Source of the DNA: an uncultured Oscillospiraceae bacterium
GTDB taxonomy: Bacteria > Bacillota > Clostridia > Oscillospirales > JAAYXM01
Assembly: GCA_934646115.1 (NCBI GenBank)
Contig: CAKUEM010000001.1
Location: 22,889 to 86,888 of the forward strand
Length of the DNA: 64,000 nt
Direction of reading: 5' to 3'
The notes beneath the pieces are model-generated. The model was not told where the DNA came from and searched no databases. It saw only the letters and a program-made list of their open reading frames with translations. Positions within the stretch are counted from its first letter, which is position 1; every line of letters starts with the position of its first letter. The position numbers and the translations under genes were made by a program. Positions 54,271-63,889 of the stretch are shown here, one piece after another.

Positions 54271-54272
54271 GC

Positions 54273-55403
54273 TTAATCGTCTGTTTTTTCCTGCCGCGGC
54301 TGCTGCGGCTTGCGCGGACGCGGCGGACGGTTTCTGCCCTCACGCGGCGGGCGCGCACCCTGCGGCCGGTCGCCATTCTGGCGCTGCTCCTGCGGACGCG
54401 ACGCGTTTTCCCCGCCCTCGCGCGGTTTGCGTGGGCGACGGCGGCGACGGCGGCGATGCGGCGCGCCAGACTCGCCGTCCTTTTCCTCTGCGCGGTCCTC
54501 CGCCGGCATGGCAGGCGGCGCCTCACGCGGCGGCTTTTCCGCCTTGGCAGGCTCGTCCTTCGCGGTCTCCTCCTGCCGCGCGCGGCAGCAGCCCTTGCCC
54601 TTCGGGCAAACGTCGCATTTATCAAAGCACTTGGGCGCTATATCCGTGCCCTCGTTCATACGCACCTTCAGCTTACCGGAAAGCAGGTTCACTTCCACGA
54701 CCGTACCCTCGCCGGCCGGCGTATCCACCACGGTGTCGACACGCGGCGTGGTTTTGCGCAGATCCTCATACGCTTCCTGCTCATATTTTAAACAGCACAT
54801 CAGCCGCCCGCACGTGCCGGATATTTTCGTCGGATTGAGCGAAAGGTTCTGTTCCTTCGCCATTTTAATCGATACCGGCTGAAAATCATCCAAAAATGTT
54901 GCGCAGCAGAACGGACGCCCGCAAATGCCAAGACCGCCGAGCATGCGCGCCTCATCGCGCACGCCGACCTGGCGCAGCTCGATACGCGTTTTGAATACAG
55001 ACGCCAGATCGCGCACCAGCTCGCGGAAATCGATACGACCATCCGCGGTGAAATAAAACAAAATTTTGCTGCGGTCGAACGTGCATTCCACGTCGATCGC
55101 CTTCATCTCAAGCTTATGCTCTGCAATTTTTTTCTGGCAAATTTTAAGCGCCTCGCGCTCTTTTTCGTGGTTTTTGCGCAGCGTCTCATGGTCTGCCTCC
55201 GTCGCCGGGCGGATGATCTTCCGCAGCGGCGCAACCACCTCCTGCTCTTCCACCTGATAGTTCCCCTGCGCGATCTCGCCGAATTCCACGCCGCGCGCGG
55301 TCTCCACAATCACGTGATCGCCGGGCTGATATACATGATCCCCCGGATCAAAGGAATACACCTTTCCGAGGTCTTTAAAACGAACGCCAACAATCTCGGC
55401 CAA
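54273..55403 (-). CDS. ricT: PSP1 domain protein (stage 0 sporulation protein YaaT / RicT) with a long Arg/Pro-rich C-terminal tail
   Basis: The PSP1 core is CGRPFCCATFL...GTCGRLMCCLKYE. The start codon is TTG. The C-terminal ~110 aa are low complexity (RRRRRRRPRKPREGG...RPPRPRKPQQPRQ). Confidence 0.9.
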   Translation of the reverse strand: MAEIVGVRFKDLGKVYSFDPGDHVYQPGDHVIVETARGVEFGEIAQGNYQVEEQEVVAPLRKIIRPATEADHETLRKNHEKEREALKICQKKIAEHKLEMKAIDVECTFDRSKILFYFTADGRIDFRELVRDLASVFKTRIELRQVGVRDEARMLGGLGICGRPFCCATFLDDFQPVSIKMAKEQNLSLNPTKISGTCGRLMCCLKYEQEAYEDLRKTTPRVDTVVDTPAGEGTVVEVNLLSGKLKVRMNEGTDIAPKCFDKCDVCPKGKGCCRARQEETAKDEPAKAEKPPREAPPAMPAEDRAEEKDGESGAPHRRRRRRRPRKPREGGENASRPQEQRQNGDRPQGARPPREGRNRPPRPRKPQQPRQEKTDD

Positions 55404-55418
55404 ATTCCGCTCCTCCTT

Positions 55419-56294
55419 CTATTTCAATATCGCGTGAGCCTGCACGGCGAGCATCCCCATCACATGAGCGACCCCAACGTTTTGCGCGATCAGCTGTCTT
55501 GCCTCCTCCACGCGCGCGCACAGGGCAAGCAGCTCCTGCCGGGTGCAGCGCGCCGCCAGCGCATCGCGCGCCCTCTGCGCCTGCGGAAGCAGCGGCGGCA
55601 CCGCGCCCTGCGTCATTGCATCGCGCAAAATAGGAAGCAGCAGGGCAAATATCGCCTGCATCTCCTCGCGTTTTTTCTTCTCACAGGCGACGAGCGCCTG
55701 CAAAATGCCAAGCTCGTCCCTCTGCGCAAACGCGCCCGCCAGCGCACTTGCCGCCGCGAGCGCCTCCTCATCCGGCGCGGAAAGCGCCGCGTCCTCCGGC
55801 GAATACAGCTTCAAATGCGTCACGCGGGAGAGCACAGTGGGGAGCAGGCTATTATGATTATAACACAAAAGGAGGAAGCTTGTAAATTCCGGCGGCTCTT
55901 CAAGGATCTTAAGCAGCGCATCCTGCGCGTCCTGCGTCATACGCTCCGCATGGTCGATCACATAGACCTTGCGCGCGCCGTCATTCGGCACGAGAAACGC
56001 ATCCTGCCGCACCGCGCGGATCGTATCCACCTTGATCGACGCCGCGCCCGAATCAACGCGCAAAATATCCGGATGCAGCCCGGCGCGCGCCTTTTTGCAC
56101 GCGGGGCACGCGCCGCAGGGCGGATGCTCCCCGGTGCAGACCAGCGCGCAGGACAAAAGCTCTGCCAGCGCATGCTTGCCCGAGCCGGGCGCGCCGGAGA
56201 TCAAAAACGCATGCGGAACCGCGCCGCGCGCAAACGCGCCCTCCAAATATTCGCGCACGCGGGCGTTGCTGCCGGAAATCTGCTCAAATCCCAT
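55419..56294 (-). CDS. holB: DNA polymerase III subunit delta'
   Basis: HAFLISGAPGSGKH P-loop-like motif and a CGACPACKK zinc module. The start overlaps the darA stop by 1 nt. Confidence 0.85.
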   Translation of the reverse strand: MGFEQISGSNARVREYLEGAFARGAVPHAFLISGAPGSGKHALAELLSCALVCTGEHPPCGACPACKKARAGLHPDILRVDSGAASIKVDTIRAVRQDAFLVPNDGARKVYVIDHAERMTQDAQDALLKILEEPPEFTSFLLLCYNHNSLLPTVLSRVTHLKLYSPEDAALSAPDEEALAAASALAGAFAQRDELGILQALVACEKKKREEMQAIFALLLPILRDAMTQGAVPPLLPQAQRARDALAARCTRQELLALCARVEEARQLIAQNVGVAHVMGMLAVQAHAILK

Positions 56295-56617
56295 TAAATT
56301 TTCTCAAACCTTTCTACATCCATGACAAACACGGTCGCACCGCCCACCGCGATCTCTACCGGCACGGACGGGAAAAACCCCATGCCCAGCTCCGACGTAG
56401 AGGGGATCATCTGCTTTCTGCTGTGCGAATGCTCATTGATTATGCCCAGCACGTCATCTACCTTATCCTCGTCTACGCCGACGATGATCGTTGTGTTCCC
56501 GGTCTTTAAAAAACCGCCCGTCGTTGCGAGCCGCGTAACCGAATATTTCTTCTGCGTGAGCTGCGAGATCACCGTGTGCGAATCGTCTGCATTGATAATT
56601 GCCATAATGAGTTTCAT
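56294..56617 (-). CDS. darA: Cyclic-di-AMP receptor, PII-like (DarA/PstA/YaaQ)
   Basis: 107 aa, MKLIMAIINADD...TRLATTGGFLKTGNTT. The position upstream of holB is conserved. Confidence 0.85.
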   Translation of the reverse strand: MKLIMAIINADDSHTVISQLTQKKYSVTRLATTGGFLKTGNTTIIVGVDEDKVDDVLGIINEHSHSRKQMIPSTSELGMGFFPSVPVEIAVGGATVFVMDVERFEKI

Positions 56618-56631
56618 AACCGATACCTCCT

Positions 56632-58002
56632 TTATGATTCCCTGATAACCAAAACCGGATCATCCTGCGCAAATCCGTTGTGATATAGATATTCGAGATG
56701 ATCCTTTTCTATAACCTCCCCCACGGCAACCACCGGAATGCCGGGTGGGTAAGGGCACAAGTGAGACGCCGCCGCGCGCCCCGGCGCATCGCAAAGCGCG
56801 ATCTGCTCTGCCGGCATGCACAGCGCGTCATGCAGACTATAGCGCACACAGGCAGGCTTGGGCGGCGCGCATTGCGGCACGATCGGCGCGCCCCGCTCTT
56901 GTTCCAGTGCATGCAGCGCGCGAGAAAGCTTTTGCAGCTCCTCCGTCGTGTCCGCGGCGGTGATGATAAACAGAACCTGCCGCTCGTCTGCCATTTCGCA
57001 GACGATATGATGCCGCTCTTCCAAAAGCTGCGCGGCGCGATAGCCGGACAGACCGGCGCAGCTGGTCATTACGCAAAGGCGCAGCGGGTCGCCCCCGTCT
57101 ATGCACAGCGGCAAAAAGGATCCGCGCGCCCGGATCTCCTCCCGGATCGCGCGCAGCGTTTCCGCATGGCGCGCGCAAATTGCGCGACCCTCATGCTCCA
57201 TAAAATCGCGCGCGAGATCCATCGAAGCCATCACCTGATAAGATGGACTTGACGTGCCGAACAGGGCGGTCGCGCGGCGCACGGCATACGCCGGAAACTC
57301 CGCCCCCGCAAGCAAAAGCGCCGACTGCCCCAGCGCGGGCAGCGTTTTATGCATCGAGCAGGTCGCAAGCGCCGCGCCCTGCCGCACGGCGCACGGCATA
57401 TCCGAAAGAAACGGAAAATGCGCGCCATGCGCTTCGTCTACCAGAAGCCGCGCATGATGGCGGCGGCAGACCTGCGCGATCGCCGCGATATCCGAGCACA
57501 CGCCGTAATAGGTCGGACTGGTTAAAATAACCGCGCCGATCTCCGGCTTTTCTGTTAAAATACGGTCGATATTCTCCGGCGCGTGCGGCGCGGCAACGCC
57601 AAACGGCGCGATCGTTTCCGGCATGAGGTATTCTGGCGAAAAGTCCAGAAGCCCCAGCGCGTGATACACGCTCTTATGCGACCCGCGATCCACGAGGATA
57701 TGCGCCGTTTCCTGCCGCACGAGCGACAGCATAGCGAAATTTCCCATGGTCGCGCCGCCGGTCAGAAAAAATGCCTGCGGCACGCCCCATACGCGCGCGC
57801 AAAGCGCCTCCGCATCCGCGATGGGAAACACGCCGTCATAGAGATTCCCCGTACCGTACAGCTCGGTAAAATCCAGCGCGCATGCGCCCGCAAGCGCGCT
57901 TTCGGGGATCGCCTTCCCCTTATGCCCCGGCATGTGAAATCGAAGCGCCCCCGCGTCTGCGCGGGTGGTCAATGTATGGTAAAGCGGCAAATTCCGCGGC
58001 AT
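56632..58002 (-). CDS. Orn/Lys/Arg decarboxylase family PLP enzyme (YaaO-like)
   Basis: Motifs FHMPGHKG and CSMHKTLPAL (PLP lysine). The start is ATG at 58002, or 58008 two codons upstream. Confidence 0.85.
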   Translation of the reverse strand: MPRNLPLYHTLTTRADAGALRFHMPGHKGKAIPESALAGACALDFTELYGTGNLYDGVFPIADAEALCARVWGVPQAFFLTGGATMGNFAMLSLVRQETAHILVDRGSHKSVYHALGLLDFSPEYLMPETIAPFGVAAPHAPENIDRILTEKPEIGAVILTSPTYYGVCSDIAAIAQVCRRHHARLLVDEAHGAHFPFLSDMPCAVRQGAALATCSMHKTLPALGQSALLLAGAEFPAYAVRRATALFGTSSPSYQVMASMDLARDFMEHEGRAICARHAETLRAIREEIRARGSFLPLCIDGGDPLRLCVMTSCAGLSGYRAAQLLEERHHIVCEMADERQVLFIITAADTTEELQKLSRALHALEQERGAPIVPQCAPPKPACVRYSLHDALCMPAEQIALCDAPGRAAASHLCPYPPGIPVVAVGEVIEKDHLEYLYHNGFAQDDPVLVIRES

Positions 58003-58015
58003 GTTCATCGCCTCG

Positions 58016-59113
58016 TTATCGATATTCGCGGCAGACCCGCGCATCCACATACAAAGGACTTGCAGAAAACTGCACCCGGTCGCCTACCTGGCATGGGATA
58101 TCCGTCACGTCCAGCACAGTATGCAGCATGCCGACATGCCCAAGCACGCGCGCGCTCTTGCCGTTCACCGTGCCGGAAAGCCGCTCATGCAGCAGCGTTC
58201 GCTTCATATCCTGCAGCATGAAGCGCACCCCGTCGCGAAAACGATAGCTGTCGCGCACTTTTTCCACCGCAAAGCCATGGCTATAGCCCAGCGGCACGAT
58301 CGCGATCCTGCGCGCCGAACGCGCCCGGTAAACGCCGCCGTAGCCGACGGTCGCCCCGCGTGACAGCCAGCGCACCTCGCAGATCCGGCTTTCCAAAAAA
58401 CCGATGCGCGCCAGCTCGTTTTTGCACGAAAACGCAAGCCGCCCGGTAAACGCCGAGCCGATGCGCACCGCATCGCCCAGGTCGATCCCATCCAGCTTAT
58501 AAAACGCGCTTGAGTTTGCAAAATGCACAAGCCCAGGTTCAAACCCCTGCGCGCGCAGCGCATCCACAACACCGCGAAACACCGCAATTTGCGTCAGAGT
58601 TCTCGTTTTTTTGCCAAATGCCGCGTTTAAATGCGTGTAGATCCCGCGCACATCGATATGCTCCATATATTGAAAAATTGCTGTAATTTTCTCGATCTCG
58701 CCCGGCTCGAAGCCGTAGCGCCCCATCCCGGTGTCGATTTTAATATGTACCTGCGCGCGCAGACCGAGCTTCCCCGCGATACCATTGACGGCGACCGCCG
58801 CATCGTGCGACCCGATCGTCAGCACCGCGCGGTTACGCAGAAGCGCCTCAACCTCATCCGGCAGCGCAGTTGACCGCAGCATCAGGATCTCCACATCGGA
58901 AAGCCCTGCCGTGCGCAGCGCGGAGACCTCCTCCGGCTCGGTCACGGCGAGCGCCGAGACCCCGTTGTCGCAAAGCAGCTTCGCATACGGCACAAGCCCA
59001 AAGCCATATCCATCGCCTTTCACGACCGCATAGACCTTCCGCTCGCCCGCGCGGCGGAGGATCTGCGCAATATTGGAAACCAGCCGCTCGGTCTCAATGA
59101 CAAATGCATTCAT
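58016..59113 (-). CDS. alr: Alanine racemase family protein
   Basis: The PLP-lysine motif is AVVKGDGYGFG, a variant of AVVKANAYGHG. 365 aa. Confidence 0.85.
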   Translation of the reverse strand: MNAFVIETERLVSNIAQILRRAGERKVYAVVKGDGYGFGLVPYAKLLCDNGVSALAVTEPEEVSALRTAGLSDVEILMLRSTALPDEVEALLRNRAVLTIGSHDAAVAVNGIAGKLGLRAQVHIKIDTGMGRYGFEPGEIEKITAIFQYMEHIDVRGIYTHLNAAFGKKTRTLTQIAVFRGVVDALRAQGFEPGLVHFANSSAFYKLDGIDLGDAVRIGSAFTGRLAFSCKNELARIGFLESRICEVRWLSRGATVGYGGVYRARSARRIAIVPLGYSHGFAVEKVRDSYRFRDGVRFMLQDMKRTLLHERLSGTVNGKSARVLGHVGMLHTVLDVTDIPCQVGDRVQFSASPLYVDARVCREYR

Positions 59114-59138
59114 CTTCCTGCCACTCCCACTGTATCCG

Positions 59139-60203
59139 TTACTTTTTCCCGCGGTTTTTAAGCATAAACACATTTTTTCTCAAACGGCGGAAACTTTTTT
59201 CGCCCTTTTCCACCGCCGTGTGGATCACCGGGCGGAACACAAGGTCAAACTCGCCGGCAAACTCGGTGAAATCGCCGCTGAAGCCTTTTTTAAAGCGATA
59301 CAGCCCATACAACGGGTTGTCCTCAGACAAATCGCCCGAAACGCCGCGGAAATCATAAATGCGGCATCCGGTCTCGATCGCCCAGCGGATCATGCTCCAC
59401 TGCAGCAGGTAATTCGGCATCAGGTTGCGATGCTCATTGGAGGACGCGCCATACAGATACCACACCTTGTCGCCGTAGTGGATCGCAAGCGTCCCCGCGA
59501 TCGGCTCCTCGCCCGCGTATGCCATATACAGGCGCGCATGCTCGCCCAAATTGTCGAGCATATGCTCAAAATAGCTCTGCGAACGGACGACAAACCCGTC
59601 GCGCACGCCGGTTTCAAGCATGATGCGGGAAAAATCAGGAACCGCTTCCTTGCCCATGATGCGCACCTGCACGCCGCGCCGCTCCGCCACGCGGATATTA
59701 TAGCGCGTTTTCGAATGGAACGCCGCAAACACCTCGTCCTCGCTCTTGCCCGCCACATTCAGGCGGAACACAAAGCGCGGCTGGATGCCGGAAAAATTCT
59801 TCCCGGTGTCGAGATGCGTATAGCCCAGGCCGGTCATCAGCTGGATAAACTGCGTATCCTGCGCCGGCACGTCCGGATCGATCTTGAGCGAATAGGCGCG
59901 ATATTTTTTTGCGAGCACACGCGCCCCGTCGGTCAGCTCGGCAAGCACCGCGCGGTCATGAATATCGCAGACCGGGCCGCGCCCGGCATACATTAAATAA
60001 TACGGGATATACGGCACCTTGCGGATCAAAACGCTCATCGCGCCGCGGATCTCGCCATTATCCCCGCGTGAGAGGATGCCCTCCCACTTCCAGTCCGGCT
60101 TCTGCTTTGCCCACAGGCTCGACTGCATAAAATGCCCCTTCGGATGCTGCTCTATGAACGCGTCATACGCCGCGAGATTTTCGTTTGTAACAAATTCGAT
60201 CAA
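59139..60203 (-). CDS. FemAB-family peptidoglycan interpeptide-bridge aminoacyltransferase (FemX/MurM-like)
   Basis: 354 aa. FMQSSLWAKQK...LMYAGRGPV and FKKGFSG are typical of the FemAB family. Confidence 0.85.
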   Translation of the reverse strand: MIEFVTNENLAAYDAFIEQHPKGHFMQSSLWAKQKPDWKWEGILSRGDNGEIRGAMSVLIRKVPYIPYYLMYAGRGPVCDIHDRAVLAELTDGARVLAKKYRAYSLKIDPDVPAQDTQFIQLMTGLGYTHLDTGKNFSGIQPRFVFRLNVAGKSEDEVFAAFHSKTRYNIRVAERRGVQVRIMGKEAVPDFSRIMLETGVRDGFVVRSQSYFEHMLDNLGEHARLYMAYAGEEPIAGTLAIHYGDKVWYLYGASSNEHRNLMPNYLLQWSMIRWAIETGCRIYDFRGVSGDLSEDNPLYGLYRFKKGFSGDFTEFAGEFDLVFRPVIHTAVEKGEKSFRRLRKNVFMLKNRGKK

Positions 60204-60339
60204 TGGAATTACACCCCCAGTTTCATGGTCTTTTCTTCATTTTTATCATACCATTTTTCGCCGGAATAGTCAAAGCAAATATGTAAAGCATAGGCGCGCC
60301 CGCCCCGCAGCAAGCGCGCCGCCTGTGATTCCACCGAAT

Positions 60340-60771
60340 TTAAGAGAATTTCGGCGGCGGAGAGCAGATCTCGCAAAACGCCTTTGACGCCTCCATGTCA
60401 AACTCCGTGGCGCGCGCCATATCCGCGATTGAGAGCATGCCGACCACTTTGCCATGCTCCACGACCGGAAGTCGGCGTACCTGCTCCAATGCCATCAGAT
60501 GCGCCGCGGCGCGCACGTCGTCCTCGGGCGATACGCTGGCGATGCCGCGCGTCATGATCTCGCGCGCGGCGGTCTCCTCCGGCTGGCTTTCGCTTGCAAC
60601 GCAGCGCAGGACGATGTCACGGTCAGTTACCATGCCGCGCAGCCGCCCATCCGGCGCGCAAACCGGAAGCGCGCCGATATTGTGCCGCGCAAGCAGCGTG
60701 GCCGCGTGCGCGACCGTGTCGTCCGGGCGAAGCGACACCACATTGCTGTTCATCAGTTCCGAAACCTTCAT
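60340..60771 (-). CDS. CBS domain pair protein
   Basis: 143 aa with two CBS repeats (VSELMNSNVVSLRPDDTV...; AREIMTRGIASVSPEDDV...). The ATG at 60771 lies 9 nt after gaaagg. Confidence 0.8.
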   Translation of the reverse strand: MKVSELMNSNVVSLRPDDTVAHAATLLARHNIGALPVCAPDGRLRGMVTDRDIVLRCVASESQPEETAAREIMTRGIASVSPEDDVRAAAHLMALEQVRRLPVVEHGKVVGMLSIADMARATEFDMEASKAFCEICSPPPKFS

Positions 60772-61115
60772 GCAGATCCGCCTTTCTTCACTTTTTCGGG
60801 GCGATCCGCGCCCCATATTTTTCTGCATTTCAGTATGCCCGATTTTTCAACTCGCTATACGGATTCAGCAATTTTAACAAGCAAATTTTTTCATGCATAG
60901 TTTTATTTATCCAAAAATTTTTTGCTTTCATAAAACGAAAAATTTTATTGCGTTTGCGTCAAATTTCTATCTCATGTGCCGACAATGCGCCAGATCTTTT
61001 TATTGTTTTGCAGCGCAGCCTTTATTTTTTATGGATTCTTCCCATTGTTATAGAAAATATTCTATGCTACGATATCATTTACAAAATAATTTTTGTTTTG
61101 CAGGGGGGCGTTTTT

Positions 61116-61997
61116 ATGCGTAATCTCGCCGAGCAGACCGCGCCCGTGGCGCAAAAAAAGCGCGCCGGTCATGGCACGCTTTTCATCATTTGCGCCGCGC
61201 TTCTCTGGAGCACCGGCGGCATTTTAATTAAGCTGATCCCCTGGAACAGCATCGCGATCGCCGGGCTGCGTTCACTCTTCGCGCTGATGCTTTCGCTCTG
61301 CGTGATCAAGGACCGGCGCATCCGCTTCACAAAAACGAATATTTTCGGCGGGCTCGGCATGTGCGCCTCTACCTATTTTTATATCATTGCGGTCAAAATG
61401 ACCACGGCGGCAAACGCAATTATCCTGCAATACACCGCGCCGATTTTTATCATCGTGCTCTCCGCGTTGTTTTTGAAAAAGCGCCCGACGCGCCTGGATC
61501 TCTGCGCGGTCACGGTCGTATTCTGCGGGATCGGGCTGTTCTTTTTAGAAGCGATCGGCACGGGGCAGCTGCTCGGGAACTTTCTCGGTCTGCTCTCCGG
61601 CGTTGGGTTTGCCGCGGTGTTCCTCTGCAACAGCATCCCCGGCGCAACACCGCAGCAGGCGCTGCTTCTCGGTCATACGCTCGGCTGTGTGATCGGGCTT
61701 CCGTTCGCCTTCTTCGCCGTCACCGCAGAGCCGATCCCATGGTTTGCGGTCATCCTGCTCGGTACAGCGCAGACCGGGCTTGCCTATTTCTTTCTGGCCA
61801 AAGGCTCCGGCTCAACGCCGCCGCTGCTCGCCTCGCTGATCTCCTGCATCGACCCGGTGCTCAATTCGCTTTGGGTCACGCTGTTTCTCGGCGAGCGCCC
61901 GGGGCTTCTCTCCACTATCGGGATCTGCATCGTCATTTTCGGCGTAATCGGCTATTACACGCTGCTCAGCCTCAAGGCGCAGCGACAAAACGGCTAA
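61116..61997 (+). CDS. EamA/DMT family transporter
   Basis: 10 TM segments in two EamA halves. A cagggggg RBS is present. The 5' part of the 467-aa ORF is antisense to the CBS gene. Confidence 0.85.
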   Translation: MRNLAEQTAPVAQKKRAGHGTLFIICAALLWSTGGILIKLIPWNSIAIAGLRSLFALMLSLCVIKDRRIRFTKTNIFGGLGMCASTYFYIIAVKMTTAANAIILQYTAPIFIIVLSALFLKKRPTRLDLCAVTVVFCGIGLFFLEAIGTGQLLGNFLGLLSGVGFAAVFLCNSIPGATPQQALLLGHTLGCVIGLPFAFFAVTAEPIPWFAVILLGTAQTGLAYFFLAKGSGSTPPLLASLISCIDPVLNSLWVTLFLGERPGLLSTIGICIVIFGVIGYYTLLSLKAQRQNG

Positions 61998-63574
61998 AAC
62001 GCAAGCGCAACCGTTTGCGCGCCGGAAAGCTGCGGGATCGCGGCGAGCTTCGCCGAAATTTTGCCGTTTTCATCCTCTGTAAATACATAGCACCGGGTCT
62101 CCCGGTCGTTCTGCCCAACAAGCTGCAGCTGCAGCTTGTTTTCTTTTACCTCCGCGGCGCAAATCGTTGCGTCATGCTTCGCGCGGGCATAGCCGCAGAT
62201 CTCATCCATGGTAAGCAGCTCCGGCTGATACTCGGCAATCGCCTCGAAGATCCCATCCAATGAGCGCTTCCAGGTTTTCGGCGTCATGCGCTGGATCCAG
62301 CAGGACTCATGCGTAAACAGCACCGCCGGACACATGGAATCCAACGCGCGGCGCACCTGCGCGATACCATTTTGGATGGTATATTCCACCTGGCTGCTCG
62401 GCGCCCACTCATAGCCGCAAACATCGCGGATCTCAGTCACGCAGTTAAAAAACGCGCGGTCAAACACATAGTCGCCGTAATACACCGGGCGCGGGGCGGA
62501 AAGCACGTCGCGCTCATACTTGCGGTAAGGCCCCGCCATCAGCCAGTCCGCGCCGCTTTGATACGGCGTGTCCGGCTTCATGTGCATGCCGATAAATTCG
62601 CAGCCCCACTCGCGCAGATACGGCAGGGCGTTTTTGCCCACTTCGTAATAATGCCCGAGCGCATATTTGGAGATCGGAATATCATGCGCATCAAACCACG
62701 CCTTTGCGCGGCGCGCATTCTCGCGCATTTCCTCGTCGGAATACGGTCCGTCCGTGTGATTGAGATACGCCCAATGTTCCGGAAGCTCGGTATCTACCCA
62801 TTCACAGCCGGAAAATGCATGCGGAAACGCGCTCGCCTGCCCCGCCTTGACATAATCGCGCACTTTTTCCGCGCTGCGCGCATCGATATTATCCACAAAC
62901 ACGCCAAGCCACGGCTTTAAGCCATAGCTCTGCGCAATTTCAACCCAAAGCAGCGGATTCTCCGGCGATAGCTCGCTCCATGCGCCCCAGACATCGTCCA
63001 CGCGCATCCCGAGCATCGGCGGCATGCCCTGCATGACAAACGGCTTTCTCGCCGCCCAAACGATCGAGCGCCACAGCACGTCGTCCATGCCGTGCAGCGG
63101 ACCGAGCTTCCGGTGCGACATCCAGCCATAGCTGTGCCAGAACGCGACCTTCCCCTTCCCAAGGCGCGCAATTTCAAGCAGCGGATATTCCCCCGCGCGC
63201 AGCAGTACCTCGCCGCCCGCGAGCGGCGCATTGCCGCCTGATAGAATCGGCGCATACAGCGCGCGCACCTCACCCGGCTGATGCAGCGCCGTGATATATT
63301 GCTCTTTTTCAAACGTGATCTCGCTCGCCGCGCCGCGCCGCGCATCCGCGAAGCAGACAAGCCCCGCGCCCGCCTGCACCGCCGCGCGCACCCGCTCTGC
63401 GCCCAGCGCGTCCGCCCCGGCAAGGATCAGCGCGCAATCGGCGCTCAGCTCCTCCGCGCGCACCTCGCGATACGGAAACCCAAAAAAGTCGAGATACGGG
63501 ACGATCAGCGTCTGATACGCATCGTCAAATTCCGCAAAGCTTTCGCGGAGCACAAAAATATCTCTGTTTGCCAT
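61994..63574 (-). CDS. Hypothetical cytoplasmic protein (526 aa), no family recognised
   Basis: The codon usage is consistent with neighbouring genes and the ORF is long and clean. The 3' end overlaps the EamA gene by 4 nt (convergent). Trp/Tyr-rich alpha/beta-like composition. A ROK regulator lies upstream and is divergent. Confidence 0.7.
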   Translation of the reverse strand: MANRDIFVLRESFAEFDDAYQTLIVPYLDFFGFPYREVRAEELSADCALILAGADALGAERVRAAVQAGAGLVCFADARRGAASEITFEKEQYITALHQPGEVRALYAPILSGGNAPLAGGEVLLRAGEYPLLEIARLGKGKVAFWHSYGWMSHRKLGPLHGMDDVLWRSIVWAARKPFVMQGMPPMLGMRVDDVWGAWSELSPENPLLWVEIAQSYGLKPWLGVFVDNIDARSAEKVRDYVKAGQASAFPHAFSGCEWVDTELPEHWAYLNHTDGPYSDEEMRENARRAKAWFDAHDIPISKYALGHYYEVGKNALPYLREWGCEFIGMHMKPDTPYQSGADWLMAGPYRKYERDVLSAPRPVYYGDYVFDRAFFNCVTEIRDVCGYEWAPSSQVEYTIQNGIAQVRRALDSMCPAVLFTHESCWIQRMTPKTWKRSLDGIFEAIAEYQPELLTMDEICGYARAKHDATICAAEVKENKLQLQLVGQNDRETRCYVFTEDENGKISAKLAAIPQLSGAQTVALAF

Positions 63575-63889
63575 CTTTCTTTTCCTCCTCAGGTCTGCTA
63601 TTCCGATCAGACCATCGCCAAATATTTGACCTGCCCCGTTTTTTTATGGTAAACTATCCATAAAAAGAAGCGCAGGCGTATAAATTTGCCGCCCTGTGAT
63701 GCGTGAAACCGGCGCGTGCGATCCTCTGTCACGCATAGTATATCATTTATTTTCCATATCGTATACTCTTTTTGTGCGCAACGCGGATTTTTTTTGCCGC
63801 CGCCACAAAACAGATCGCGAAACACATTGCGCCGCAGGCATTTTTGGCATCCATAGGATTTGGCATTTTAACGAAAGGTGGAACATGAC

